The translations under genes and the position numbers were made by a program. The notes beneath the pieces are model-generated. The model was not told the origin of the DNA. It searched no databases and saw nothing but the letters and a program-made list of their open reading frames with translations. 64,000 nt of DNA from Macrostomum lignano. Lineage: Eukaryota. The stretch spans positions 62,001 to 126,000 of the forward strand of contig NIVC01000262.1 in NCBI GenBank assembly GCA_002269645.1. The letters are read 5' to 3'. Positions 1 to 11,160 of this stretch are shown here, piece by piece (positions within the stretch are counted from its first letter, which is position 1; every line of letters begins with the position of its first letter).

Positions 1-2
1 TA

Positions 3-180
3 GATACTCAATCGAATGGTTTTGTTGCAACATCGGCAGCTGAAACTGCTGCTACTGGCTCTAAACAATGGGAAAGCTTTGGGTGAGATACCCGGAACTT
101 GTTCACTTGTCAATTCTTACGCCAGTTAGAACTTATATTAGATTCTTATTTTACCTAGATCAGTCTGGGGCTCTGGATAG
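3..180 (+). CDS. possible last two coding exons of an upstream gene (3-82, 159-180)
   Basis: Open frame DTQSNGFVATSAAETAATGSKQWESFG, donor GG|gtgaga at 83, acceptor ttttacctag| at 158, then SVWGSG* (TAG 178-180). No recognisable homology. Confidence 0.2.
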
Positions 181-234
181 TATCATTCGTATCTAAAAGT
201 CTCGTTCATTCCGTGTCAGACTGATGATGTAATT

Positions 235-832
235 CAACGGTTGGTGAACTTTTTATCTCCAGAAGGGTAAGATCGACAATCTAGCGCATGACTGCGGGCC
301 AGAAGACAGGAAAGACAAAATAAAAGAAAAGGAGAGGAAGAGAAGGGAGAGGAAGAGAAGGGAGAGGAGAGGAAGAGAATGGAGAGAAGAGTAAGAGAAT
401 GGAGAGGAGAGGAAGAGAAGGGAGAGGAGAGGAAGAGAATGGAGAGAAGAGTAAGAGAATGGAGAGGAGAGGAAGAGAAGGGAGAGGAGAGGAAGAGAAG
501 GGAGAGGAAGAGAAGGGAGAGGAGAGGAAGAGAAGGGAGAGGAGAGGAAGAGAAGGGAGAGGAGAGGAGAGGAAGAGAAAGGAGAGGAGAGGAGAGGAAG
601 AGAAGGGAGAGGAGAGGAGAGGAAGAGAAAGGAGAGGAGAGGAGAGGAAGAGAGAGAAGAGGAGAGACACGAGAGGAGAGAAGGGAAGAGAGGAATATGA
701 GATTATAGATGAGATAGTTGAGAGGAGACGCAAGAATTGAGCGGCCCAGATTGATATTGGGAAGTTTCAAGTGACCTGAGGGCCTGAGGGCCGGATAGAG
801 AGGCTTGAGGCCAGAGAGTTTGCCGACCCCTA
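235..832. mobile_element. non-autonomous hAT-like element with a purine-rich microsatellite core (copy 1)
   Basis: Right end GAGTTTGCCGACCCCTA (reverse complement TAGGGGTCGGCAAACTC, a hAT/Charlie-type terminus); degenerate left end CAACGGTTGGTGAACT; flanks ATGTAATT / CTGTAACG (5/8 match). Both unique arms align with the inverted copy at 49079-49577. Confidence 0.55.
318..730 (+). repeat. purine-only low-complexity repeat (GGAGAGGAAGAGAAG-like)
   Basis: Seen directly; accounts for the four overlapping low-complexity ORFs in 234-770. Confidence 0.95.
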
Positions 833-2311
833 CTGTAACGAAAAGGGCTTACCAACCTTAAGCGCCAGAATAGAGTCCAATTAAAGTAAAGCTTTGTCTG
901 ACACCATGTACTTCACTGCGATGGGCTGTCTCGAAGTTTCTGTAGTCGACTTGTCTGACAAATTTTCCGTTGCAATGAAAGCTAATGCGCCCGCCAGCTC
1001 TAACTCAGAAAGCCACTGTACTCCTACGATATGTACAGCAAAAGTTATAATAAAATGAAATCCAAGGCAAATCCCGTTCAACCCTTAATCCTTTCTCGGC
1101 TGAGGCTTCTTATCTTATAATCTGATCCTGATTTCCTGATATATCAGACTGATTGAAGCCCGATCACCTGCATCGCGATCTTGTTAATTCTCTGATTTCC
1201 TTTTGCTCAGACTCATGCTCAAGCCCTCGGGGAAGACAGATAATCTCTAATCCCAGTGCTCCTGCCGCCCTTCTGTCCATCGCTTCTTCTACTGTCCACT
1301 GTCAACTAAGAGTACAACAGAATGCAGTAAACTATATTTATAGTAATGTCGCGAATTCTTGCAGAGCCTACGATCTACCGAAATCGAGTTAAACAAGCAA
1401 CCGTTCACCTAGATTCACCTGCAAACTATAACTGGCTCTGTTATTACTTAATCCGGTTGATTAACTAACTAATTAATTAAAGTTTGACCCCATTGTGATG
1501 CTAGACTCTCAACCATTATATTATTTTTGTCTTGGACAAAGTTTGCTATCGATACATATCGGTGGCTGGATAAAAAACAATATATTAATATATTAGACAG
1601 TTCAATAAGTGCGTCACCTTAGCTTCATATTTTTATTAAGCTTATCAGCACCATAAATGGAATGATTTTATCTTGTTGCAAGCAGAAGCAGTATCCGTTG
1701 TTTGTATCTATTTTAATCTTCTATTCATTTGTATTTGTACAACATTGGCACTACGTTGCGTTACGCTTGCGTTATTTTCCAATAACTGAAACAACATTAA
1801 GTTGTTATGCTTTGTGTCTTGTTCGCCTTCTAAAGTAGCAATCGTTATCTTAATTATTTTAATTATAGTTTCTCTTATAGTTCGCGCTCTCCAAACTAAT
1901 GCCAATTCCCGGGTGTACATTCGATGTACATTGATTCTAGGAGTTCTCGCGCTGCACTGTAAATGTTTATTGTCCCCCAGTAAGTAGTATGTGTAAAAAT
2001 GCGACTTGAAACCATTCAAAAGTTAAGATTTCTACGCAAATAACTACAACTACAAATTATATATTTTTTCAGATGGAGTACTTTCAACAGATTTTTATGG
2101 ACGTTGTATGACCTACTTATTGACTATTTGTGCTCTGTGTTTAAACAATAAAGTGCGCACGTGAATTTCTAAATACATTCTTGTGTGTGTGCTGTTTTAT
2201 ATCTGTATCTGTGTAAAAGTTGACTGCAGAATTTTTTCATCAATTTTTCGAATCTACGCTAAGTGTCTGCTCTTTCTAAGTCATTTTCAGTCCATCTGAA
2301 CTTATACCATA

Positions 2312-4056
2312 TCCCCTAGCCACTATCCTAGATCCATCCATTACCAGTTCCCAGATCCCCAAACACCAGCCTAGATCCATCCATTACCAGTTCCCAGATC
2401 CCCAACCACTATCCTAGATCCATCCATTACCAGTTCCCAGATCCCCTAGCCACTATCCTAGATCCATCCATTACCAGTTCCCAGATCCCCTAGCCACTAT
2501 CCTAGATCCATCCATTACCAGTTCCCAGATCTTCTACCACTCCTAGATCCATCCATTACCAGTTCCCAGATCCCCTAGCCACTATCCTAGATCCATCCAT
2601 TACCAGTTCCCAGATCCCCTAGCCACTATCCTAGATCCATCCATTACCAGTTCCCAGATCCCCTACCACTCCTAGATCCATCCATTACCAGTTCCCAGAT
2701 CCCCTAGCCACTATCCTAGATCCATCCATTACCAGTTCCCAGATCCCCTAGCCACTATCCTAGATCCATCCATTACCAGTTACCAGATCCCCAGCCACTA
2801 TCCTAGATCCATCCATTACCAGTTCCCAGATCCCCTACCACTCCTAGATCCATCCATTACCAGTTCCCAGATCCCCAAACACTATCCTAGATCCATCCAT
2901 TACCATTTCCCAGATCCCCAGCCACTATCCTAGATCCATCCATTACCAGTTCCCAGATCCCCTAGCCACTATCCTAGATCCATCCATTACCAGTTCCCAG
3001 ATCCCCTAGCCACTATCCTAGATCCATCCATTACCAGTTCCCAGATCCCCTAGCCACTATCCTAGATCCATCCATTACCATTTCCCAGATCCCCTAGCCA
3101 CTATCCTAGATCCATCCATTACCAGTTCCCAGATCCCCTAGCCACTATCCTAGATCCATCCATTACCAGTTCCCAGATCCCCTAGCCACTATCCTAGATC
3201 CATCCATTACCAGTTCCCAGATCCCCTAGCCACTATCCTAGATCCATCCATTACCAGTTCCCAGATCCCCTAGCCACTATCCTAGATCCATCCATTACCA
3301 GTTCCCAGATCCCCTAGCCACTATCCTAGATCCATCCATTACCAGTTCCCAGATCCCCTAGCCACTATCCTAGATCCATCCATTACCAGTTCCCAGATCC
3401 CCTAGCCACTATCCTAGATCCATCCATTACCAGTTCCCAGATCCCCAACCACTATCCTAGATCCATCCATTACCAGTTCCCAGATCCCCAGCCACTATCC
3501 TAGATCCATCCATTACCAGTTCCCAGATCCCCTAGCCACTATCCTAGATCCATCCATTACCAGTTCCCAGATCCCCTAGCCACTATCCTAGATCCATCCA
3601 TTACCAGTTCCCAGATCCCCTAGCCACTATCCTAGATCCATCCATTACCAGTTCCCAGATCCCCAACCACTATCCTAGATCCATCCATTACCAGTTCCCA
3701 GATCCCCAACCACTATCCTAGATCCATCCATTACCAGTTCCCAGATCCCCAACCACTATCCTAGATCCATCCATTACCAGTTCCCAGATCCCCAGCCACT
3801 ATCCTAGATCCATCCATTACCAGTTCCCAGATCCCCTAGCCACTATCCTAGATCCATCCATTACCAGTTCCCAGATCCCCAACCACTATCCTAGATCCAT
3901 CCATTACCAGTTCCCAGATCCCCAGCCACTATCCTAGATCCATCCATTACCAGTTCCCAGATCCCCAACCACTATCCTAGATCCATCCATTACCAGTTCC
4001 CAGATCCCCAACCACTATCCTAGATCCATCCATTACCAGTTCCCAGATCCCCAGCC
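2312..4056 (+). repeat. 44-bp tandem satellite, about 40 copies
   Basis: Unit CCCCTAGCCACTATCCTAGATCCATCCATTACCAGTTCCCAGAT; period read directly (e.g. 3001 to 3045). Confidence 0.97.
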
Positions 4057-4255
4057 AATGGCCCCTATCCCTGAGAATTCCCAGATCCCCAGCCAAATGT
4101 CCCCTATCCCCCGGTAGATCCCAGATCTACAGATAAAAGCATTAAACAGTGGCTGATGCTGTCACATGTTGGTGAAGCTGTTAAAAGCTCCCACATACAC
4201 TTACATGTTTAGGACATACATGTCGTTAATATGCATACCGGCCTATGTGCATCTG

Positions 4256-4966
4256 GGGCCGATTTCATGAAGCAAGTACAAGTGACAAGTGAAAAGTTAC
4301 AAGTTACAAGTGATAAGTGCCAGCGATTTCAGTTTCATGAGAATTTTGCAACCACTTGTCAAGTTTAAAAATAGGACCCTATAGTTGCACAGTCTATGGG
4401 TCAACCTAGGTCTTACAATCCTTCCAAGGCTATAAGCTTTGGCTTTGAACCATAGAATTTTTAACTCCGAGCTTTATTTTATAAATAACTAGTGTTTAAA
4501 TGATGAGTGGTATTTTAGTTGGTTACTTGATCAGATGAAAGCCGGAATTTCTCCACAAAATCTATGCCATGGGGCTGAAAGTTGATTCGTTCTTTAAAGA
4601 TCCGCACTGCATAAGCTTCATTGAGAAGAGCATCTTCTTCTTCACTGCCGCTAAACATGCTTTATCCAAGTATTCTATCCTATCTAAGTTCTAGTTCTCC
4701 ATCCAAGTAGACTGTTGACAAAAGCTTAGGCCACTTGTAGACTTGTCATTGACAAGTGGGACCCTTCCATAGTGCTCAATCTAAATTTGTGTTGTCTATG
4801 GCCAAAAGAACGGCAAAACGGCTTGACAAATTGTCACTTATCACTTGTAACTTGTTAAATTGTCATCCCTCCTCATGAAACGCTATAATTGTGAAATTTT
4901 ACACTTGTCACTTGTAAATTGTCAACTTGTCACTTGTACGACGTACTTGCTTCATGAAATCGGCCC
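4256..4966. mobile_element. PIF/Harbinger-type MITE
   Basis: Perfect TIR GGGCCGATTTCATGAAGCAAGTAC / GTACTTGCTTCATGAAATCGGCCC, 3-bp TSD CTG on both sides (4253-4255, 4967-4969), subterminal ACAAGT/ACTTGT repeats, no ORF. Confidence 0.85.
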
Positions 4967-5242
4967 CTGTAATTAGTTATGTAATCATACATTGGATTAT
5001 GTCATAGGCTATAGTAGGACACTTCAAGCATCATCATCATTGCTGACTTCGCCAGAAGATACCAAGTTATTTAATTTCTACCCTACTACAATTCTTTACA
5101 ATTAGCAGTGAAAAAAAGTAATTTTAAAAGATATTAATAGCCCAAATATTTCCATCATGACAAAACTAATATAGTTCTGACGTGTTGGGGGGTTGTCGCT
5201 GACTATTGACTATTAAACTTTGACTCACTTTGTGCCCTGCTC

Positions 5243-6156
5243 TTGCTTGATGCCCAGAAACTTCATGCGTTCGGCTATGACAAGGCGCCGCTTGGGACAG
5301 ATGGTGGAAGTTATCAGTTCTTTTGTAGCTTCGAACTTCATATCCTCTGGACAACAGTTTCGGTGCTGCGGCTAGTGAGAGAGTCCATCATGACACTATC
5401 AGCTTCGATCGCTGCTGTGGAGCAACTTCCGCACCTACGAGGATTCAACGCCAAGATCAAGCTGGTGGAGGGAGCCAGGCCTTTCTATTGTGCTGCTCGC
5501 GCCGTGCCAATTCACCTCCAAGACAGCGTAAATGCTGAGCTAAGAAGGATTGAAGCCGAAGGGATCATCGAACCGGTTCCCCGCGGTGGGAGCGAGTGGG
5601 TCTCCCCCATTGTGTGTGTCATGAAACCTAACGGGCGACTTCGATTTGTGCCGATTTTAAGGCCGGGGTCAATCATCAAATCTGCGGTGACACCTACCCG
5701 ATCCCGGCAGTTGAAACCATCTTCGCCGACATCGCCGGTATGTCCTATTTCGCCGCTATTGATCTGTCCGACGCTTATTTGCAAATAAGATTGGAAGAGT
5801 CGAGCAGACCGGTTACTACTGTGGCCACGCCATTGGGCCTGTTCAGATATACCCGGCTTGTTCCTGGTCTCAAATCGGCCTCTGCTATTTTTCAAAAGGC
5901 CATGGAATCGACGCTGTTCGAGGTAAAAGGAAAGGTTGTCCACCAAGATGACATCCTGCTTGGTGGACGCTCACGAGCAGAACTGGACGCTAAGGTCAGG
6001 CTGACAATCGGAACGCTGACGTCCGCCGGGATGACCGTCAACTTGGACAAGTCCAACCTGGGCGCCGCGGAGGTCAGCTTCCTGGGCTACAAGATCAGCG
6101 CTGCAGGCGTCTCTCCCCTGTCCTTCCCTGGCGCGAACTGGCCGATGAAACCTTAA
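5243..6156 (+). pseudogene. Gypsy pol remnant: protease end and reverse transcriptase, frameshifted
   Basis: RT motifs EWVSPIVCVMKPNGRLR, frameshift near 5640 into ICADFK...YPIP, then AAIDLSDAYLQ, TPLGLFRYTRLVPGL, HQDDILL (YxDD altered to HQDD), FLGYKI. RNase H not seen. Confidence 0.88.
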
Positions 6157-6270
6157 AAGAGCGCCTACTGGTTGCCATAGCGGCCCGCATAAAAAAACTG
6201 CTGGTCCGGCTGCTCTCCGGCTGAACGCCCATTCAAAGCTGTTCGTCATGCTCTCGCTATCGATGAGGGC

Positions 6271-7439
6271 GTGATCTGTTACGGGGACCGGACAGTCATT
6301 CCAACCTCGCTACGGAGGCGAGTACTCGCGCTGGTGCACGACACTCACCAGGGCAAAATTCAACCCGGACTCAGTTGCGCAACTCGGCATGGTGGCCAGG
6401 CTACTGTGGTGACGTGGAGTCCTTTGTTCGTGCCTGTTCAACATGCGCCAGGCTTCATCCAAGAGGTCAGAGCACCGTGCACCGCTGGCCACAAGAGAAC
6501 GGTCCATGGTTCCGCGTCCATATGGATCACGCACACGTGCCAGGAGTCGGTCTTATCCTGATTCTCGTGGACGCCATGTCGGGCTGGCCAGAGGCCGTGC
6601 GAGTTCCAGATAGAAGCGCAGCAACCGTTAAGCGTGTGCTCCAGGACGTTTTCTCTCGCAACGGAGTCCCAGACGTGCTGGTAAGCGACAATGCGGCAGA
6701 ATTCCATGATGCTGAACTGACCGGCTGGCTCGAGAGAATCGGCTGCCGCCCCATCAAGACCCCGCCACTACATCTTCAGTCCAACGGCATCGCGGAACGA
6801 ATGGTCCAATCTATCAAGAAGGCCTCTCTGGGCTGTGATCGTCGAGAAACGTACGAGAGCTTCCTGGCCAGGCTTCTACTAAACTACCGCTGCATCCCGC
6901 ATGCAGGACGTCCGCACAGCCCATCGGAGCTGATGGGTCGGCAGCTGCGAAATCCCATTACCATGCGCACGCCGATCGGATCGGGCATCTGGTACGTCCC
7001 CGCCGCCGGACTGCCTCCTGAAAAGGCGGAGTTTTTCCTGCAGAAAGGCTCGAATACCGCCCTCATTCAACGAGGATCCGGGCGTCTCACATTGGCGCAT
7101 CAGGATCAGATCCGACCGTTGATCAATCCCGAAGCGAGTCAATCGAGCACAGAGGAGGCACAGAACAAAGCCGCTGCTCCGTTACTAAGACATGCCGGTG
7201 ACGCTGCTGCTGGCCTGATCGGCGGCTCTGCTGAGCGGCACAGCGCGGACGGCGACGATGACGCGCACACCGAACATGCAGCGGAGACGGCGCCAGATGT
7301 TGCGCTCGACCTGGCGCCGAACGCTGAACTCGACAAGACGCCGGAGCCATATCCGACTCACCCTGGTGACACGTTAGGACGCTACCCCTCGCGCTCGAAT
7401 AGGGGAGTGCCCCCTCTACGGTTCGGAGGGGGAAGATGA
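6271..7439 (+). pseudogene. Gypsy integrase (HHCC zinc finger split by a frameshift; DDE core open)
   Basis: HDTHQG...CSTC zinc finger in two frames; RVHMDHA, VSDNAAEF, SNGIAERMVQ catalytic motifs; C-terminal RYPSRSNRGVPPLRF running into the PPT. Confidence 0.88.
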
Positions 7440-8422
7440 CGTGTTGGGGGTTTGTCGCTGACTTATTGACTATTAAAATTTGACTTACTTTGTGCCCTGC
7501 TTACCACGCCAAGCGTGCACCCCACTCATGCGTACATCAATGCGTACATAACGTACTTTCTACTCTAACTTTTATCGATAACTCAAATATCGTTTTATAC
7601 CACTTCGTATTTAAATAACTGAATCTAGCTTTTCTTCGTTGTGATTTTCTTACTCAGCAAATGCCAAATATATCAGTTCGCTGCGTTATCGTTCAAACTA
7701 TCAATAAAACAAGTCTTGTCTGCGTCGCGTCAGTTTCTATGATGATGCTACTGTACTCTGTACATGTATATTCTGAAAAAGACACCCTTAGTTTTTCTTT
7801 TCCTAATGAAATATATGCTACTCTTACTACTTATAAGTACCATTTAAGTTTTTTTTCCAGTCAAGCTATTGACGAATTAATTATTTAAAAACAAAACACT
7901 GATATTGAGGTCTGCCATTGTTAGTATAATGGATTTTTATACATGTACGTTTCTTGGAAAACTTGAATACCGAAGTACCCTTTTATACCGAAAAATACTA
8001 CGGAGATGGGTGATTTTCATTTTTTCAGAAAATTTTTTTTGCTTTTGATGAAGGGAGATCCGACGTCGAATTGCTGTACAGGATTTGAAGGGCTATAATT
8101 ATTCAGGCAAGTACAGAGCTTCTGGCCATTAACCAATTTGACCCGGCCATTTTGCCCAAAAACTTAAAGTTATGGCCGGGGGAGGAGCTGGAGCCGGGGG
8201 GGGGCTGGAGCTACATGTAGGGCCGGAGATGGATCTGGGGCCTCCGTCAGCAATCCGACGTCCAGCCGACATTCCGATACGACGTTTATCTACGTCGGTG
8301 ACAAATCTGTGCTTTTGCATTAAATCGATGCAGTGTCAACAAGGAAACTCAAGAAATCGAATAGCGTATTCCAATCTTGTTCTTTGCAATTCTCAACGCC
8401 CGCAAAGCATGGGTATTACCAA

Positions 8423-8785
8423 GGGGGGCCGTAGCCCAGCGGTAGCGCAGCTGCTCTGGTGTGCCAGCGACCCAGGCTCGATTCCAAGTGCAGTCACATT
8501 AATTTGGGGCTTAATTGGGATCTCGGCTTGGCTCTGCTCGTGCAATTAACGGCCTTGAGAGCCAACCCCCCAAGGCGCAGTGAAGTGTACATGCCTAACG
8601 ATAAAATAAAGTTAGGGCCGCTGTATACACTCCTGTGTGAGTGTGTGCCTGCGTACGTATCCGCGCGCTTGTATGCCTGCTCAGGGGAGTCGGCGGAATG
8701 GGCAGTAATGCCTCTCGCCGGTTGTGTGCCTATGTCGCTTAAAGTGCGCCAGGGTGCACACAACCCTCCTGCCTCTAATAAAAAA
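8423..8785 (+). mobile_element. full-length tRNA-derived SINE
   Basis: 5' head GGGGGGCCGTAGCCCAGCGGTAG (A box) and GGCTCGATTCC (B box), A-rich tail CTAATAAAAAAA, ~13-bp TSD ATGGGTATTAC(C/T)A at 8409-8421 and 8786-8798. Confidence 0.8.
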
Positions 8786-9182
8786 ATGGGTATTACTATC
8801 ATTGTGCCATAGACATTTGTGTCCTTGACAAAGTGGGACAGAATAATCGGGCGTTAAGTATAAGATATTCTATGGGTTTGAGGTCGGTATGTGATTCAGT
8901 ATGTGTCACTCGAGTTTATGACATTTAAACCACTTTAAAGCTCACTTTCAGGAAGGTTATTGACATAGATTTGATTTCGCGGGATTTAATCGATCACTTT
9001 CCCGGACATATTGCAAGGATTATTGTATGTATCTAAATAAGCGAGCTTCTCTCTTCTCTTCCTTCGTGACTCGAGAAATTTCTTAATTTTTCTGCTTCGC
9101 CCCCACACCCCCATCCCCAACTTCAACCATAGACATACAAGTATGGCTGCGGGATTTACGAGCTACTGGTATCTGAATACAT

Positions 9183-9290
9183 CCCGCAAAATTAAAGTAG
9201 TTTAAATAAGATATTCTATGGGTTTGAGGTCGGTAGGCCCGCAAAATTAAAGTAGTTTAAATAAGATATTCTATGGGTTTGAGGTCGGTA
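9183..9290 (+). repeat. 55-bp tandem duplication (third partial copy near 8860-8889)
   Basis: CCCGCAAAATTAAAGTAGTTTAAATAAGATATTCTATGGGTTTGAGGTCGGTA occurs twice in tandem. Confidence 0.85.
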
Positions 9291-9769
9291 TTTCACTTAA
9301 ACTGCCCGCTAATTTTGATATTTCTTTACTGCAAGCGGGCTTAAATGTAGTCTATGGCATTAAAAGGCAAGAATAAGTGCCCCGCGGGCACAAAGGTCAT
9401 GGTACAATTTCTGTCAATCCGAGGTCAAAATTATCGGTTTTTGAAGCATCAGGGGGCTGTGTGTTCGTCCTTGCGAGAAGGGTTTTTACGTTTCACTAGA
9501 GTCCAGACTTTTTAAACTTGAGAGACGCTCTGTATGATCTGATGTTCAGAAAATTCAAAACGCAGAAAATTTCCTAATCGCACATTTTCGAATCAATGCA
9601 GTTAAAAATAAGTGAGCAATAAAGCAGCTGTTAACATATTGATCGTAAACGAGTGCGTCAAACAGTTTCGCAAAAAATTGCGACTACTGCCAATGATTTT
9701 TATTGCAATTAGTTTAGCAAGTGATGAGATCGTCATCGCGCTCCAGTTCATGCATTCGAAACCGCTGCA

Positions 9770-10018
9770 TCAGCCTCCGCAGCGTCCATCCAGGACGCGC
9801 TTTCTCCTGGAGCCCCAGAGGATTTTGCAATACGACGGCAGTTGGTAGGAGTCCTGGTCTTGGAACGCGCCATACTCCGGCGAATCTTCAACAGTAGTGG
9901 CGGCGTCATCGGGAGCGCTCCTTGGCCTGGCGTCGATCACACCGACATTGAAAGCGAGAGCGATAGCCATGAGTGAAGCAACAAGTAGAACGCTCCGGTA
10001 AATCTGTTTCGAAGCCAT
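9770..10018 (-). CDS. small secreted prepropeptide (82 aa), neuropeptide- or antimicrobial-peptide-like
   Basis: Hydrophobic signal-like N-terminus (VLLVASLMAIALAFNVGVIDA), acidic spacer, basic C-terminus YCKILWGSRRKRVLDGRCGG; AATAAA ~65 nt after the stop (9704-9699). Confidence 0.7.
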   Translation of the reverse strand: MASKQIYRSVLLVASLMAIALAFNVGVIDARPRSAPDDAATTVEDSPEYGAFQDQDSYQLPSYCKILWGSRRKRVLDGRCGG

Positions 10019-11160
10019 TTTTTTGTTTTATTCGGCAATTTTTCGACGCTGATTCTTGGGGGGGGGGGCGGTTATTCGTCAAGTCACGGTGCAACTAAGT
10101 TTTTATATGCCTTTTGGAAAGCGCCTTGGAATGCCTTTTAAAAGTTACACAGAGATTTCCGGCTTTATTCATTTTGCAGTTATAATCACGCAGGCTTTGT
10201 CGGTTAGCTAAGGATTTCTGATTTGGCTTTGTCGGCGTGAAGTGAATTTAAAATTCTTTTTGTCTACTTTCTGAGTGCCAAGGTGGTTTTAGCGGAAGCG
10301 AAAGATTTCCTGCAGGACGTGAAATTGCGCGATCGGGACTTTCGTGTCGGGCAATCGAAAGACAAATTTGCAGTTGCAGTTCTTGTGAAATAGTTTTCAG
10401 AGAGCATTGGTCAACGGATCAAGCATTAGGCTTCACTTAAGGCCGGTTTTCTCTGAAAATTCTCACAAGCTGACAGTTATTTTTCCCACGAGATTCCATA
10501 TTTTCAAAAGACGCTTGCAGAGAATGTTTTTCCCCAAGGTTGATTCACAGTTATTTCTCTCACAAAATCAACCATGTATGTCTTCAAGAAGTTGCTAAAT
10601 AACGATGTACGCACCCATTTTTGTGTGACGAGCTGTGTTTGTACATAATACATTGCAAGGTCTGTAAATCCTTCGTGTGATATCATTGCTCATTTGAATT
10701 GGCATTTTGAGCGTACGTACTATTTCATAGTGCATAAACATACGTGTAGGTGTATACTCGTACGCACAAAAGTTGAGAGGAATGGACGCACTCTCAATCT
10801 TGCCTGAGTCTTTTAACCCCCCCCCCCGTTAGCAACAGCAAGTGTTGTGTGCACAGAGCAGCACACACAAGCTTCTCTCTCTAACCCCTTCCCTTGGCTC
10901 AGTTGAATTCTTCATCTAAATCTATCCAGTCTCCACGCTGTGAATTTCAATTGAATATGAAGTCTCAAGTGTCAGGCTCTTACGCACGCACCCTCACTCT
11001 GTGCCCCCCGCCTCCCCAACACTCAGCTCTCCGGGTTCCAGGGGCAACTGACGAACACAAACAGAAGAGAAAAGGCCAACACATCGAGCTGTATTTAGTA
11101 AGCGCGTCAAACTGAGACAGCCAAATAGTTTTAACGTATAACTGCAATCGAATCGCAAAA

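Larger units (their letters stand above)
5178..7675 (+). mobile_element. internally deleted Ty3/Gypsy LTR retrotransposon
   Basis: TGA...TCA termini with 4-bp TSD GTTC (5174-5177, 7676-7679); 3' LTR 7437-7675 preceded by polypurine tract GGAGGGGGAAGA; only the first ~65 bp of the 5' LTR remain (4 differences from the 3' copy); pol order PR-RT-IN. Confidence 0.9.

Noticed and set aside
881-1081. 66-aa minus ORF or exon near a GTAAGC donor at ~852
   Set aside because: No frame joins a good acceptor to the donor without a stop; no homology recognised.
2312-4056. CRISPR-like arrays (this and other 20-47 bp repeats)
   Set aside because: Units are contiguous with no unique spacers, there are no cas genes, and the context is eukaryotic.
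8423-8500. Functional tRNA genes at 8423 and 12460
   Set aside because: No complete cloverleaf; both continue into SINE bodies, and the first has an A-tail and TSD.
9600-9772. Selenocysteine or readthrough at the peptide's TGA (in-frame continuation CSGFECMNW... stays open for ~55 codons)
   Set aside because: No SECIS-like ATGA..AA..GA stem found by eye, AATAAA lies ~65 nt downstream, and the context is not the TGA-CTA readthrough motif. SECISearch or ribosome profiling would settle it.
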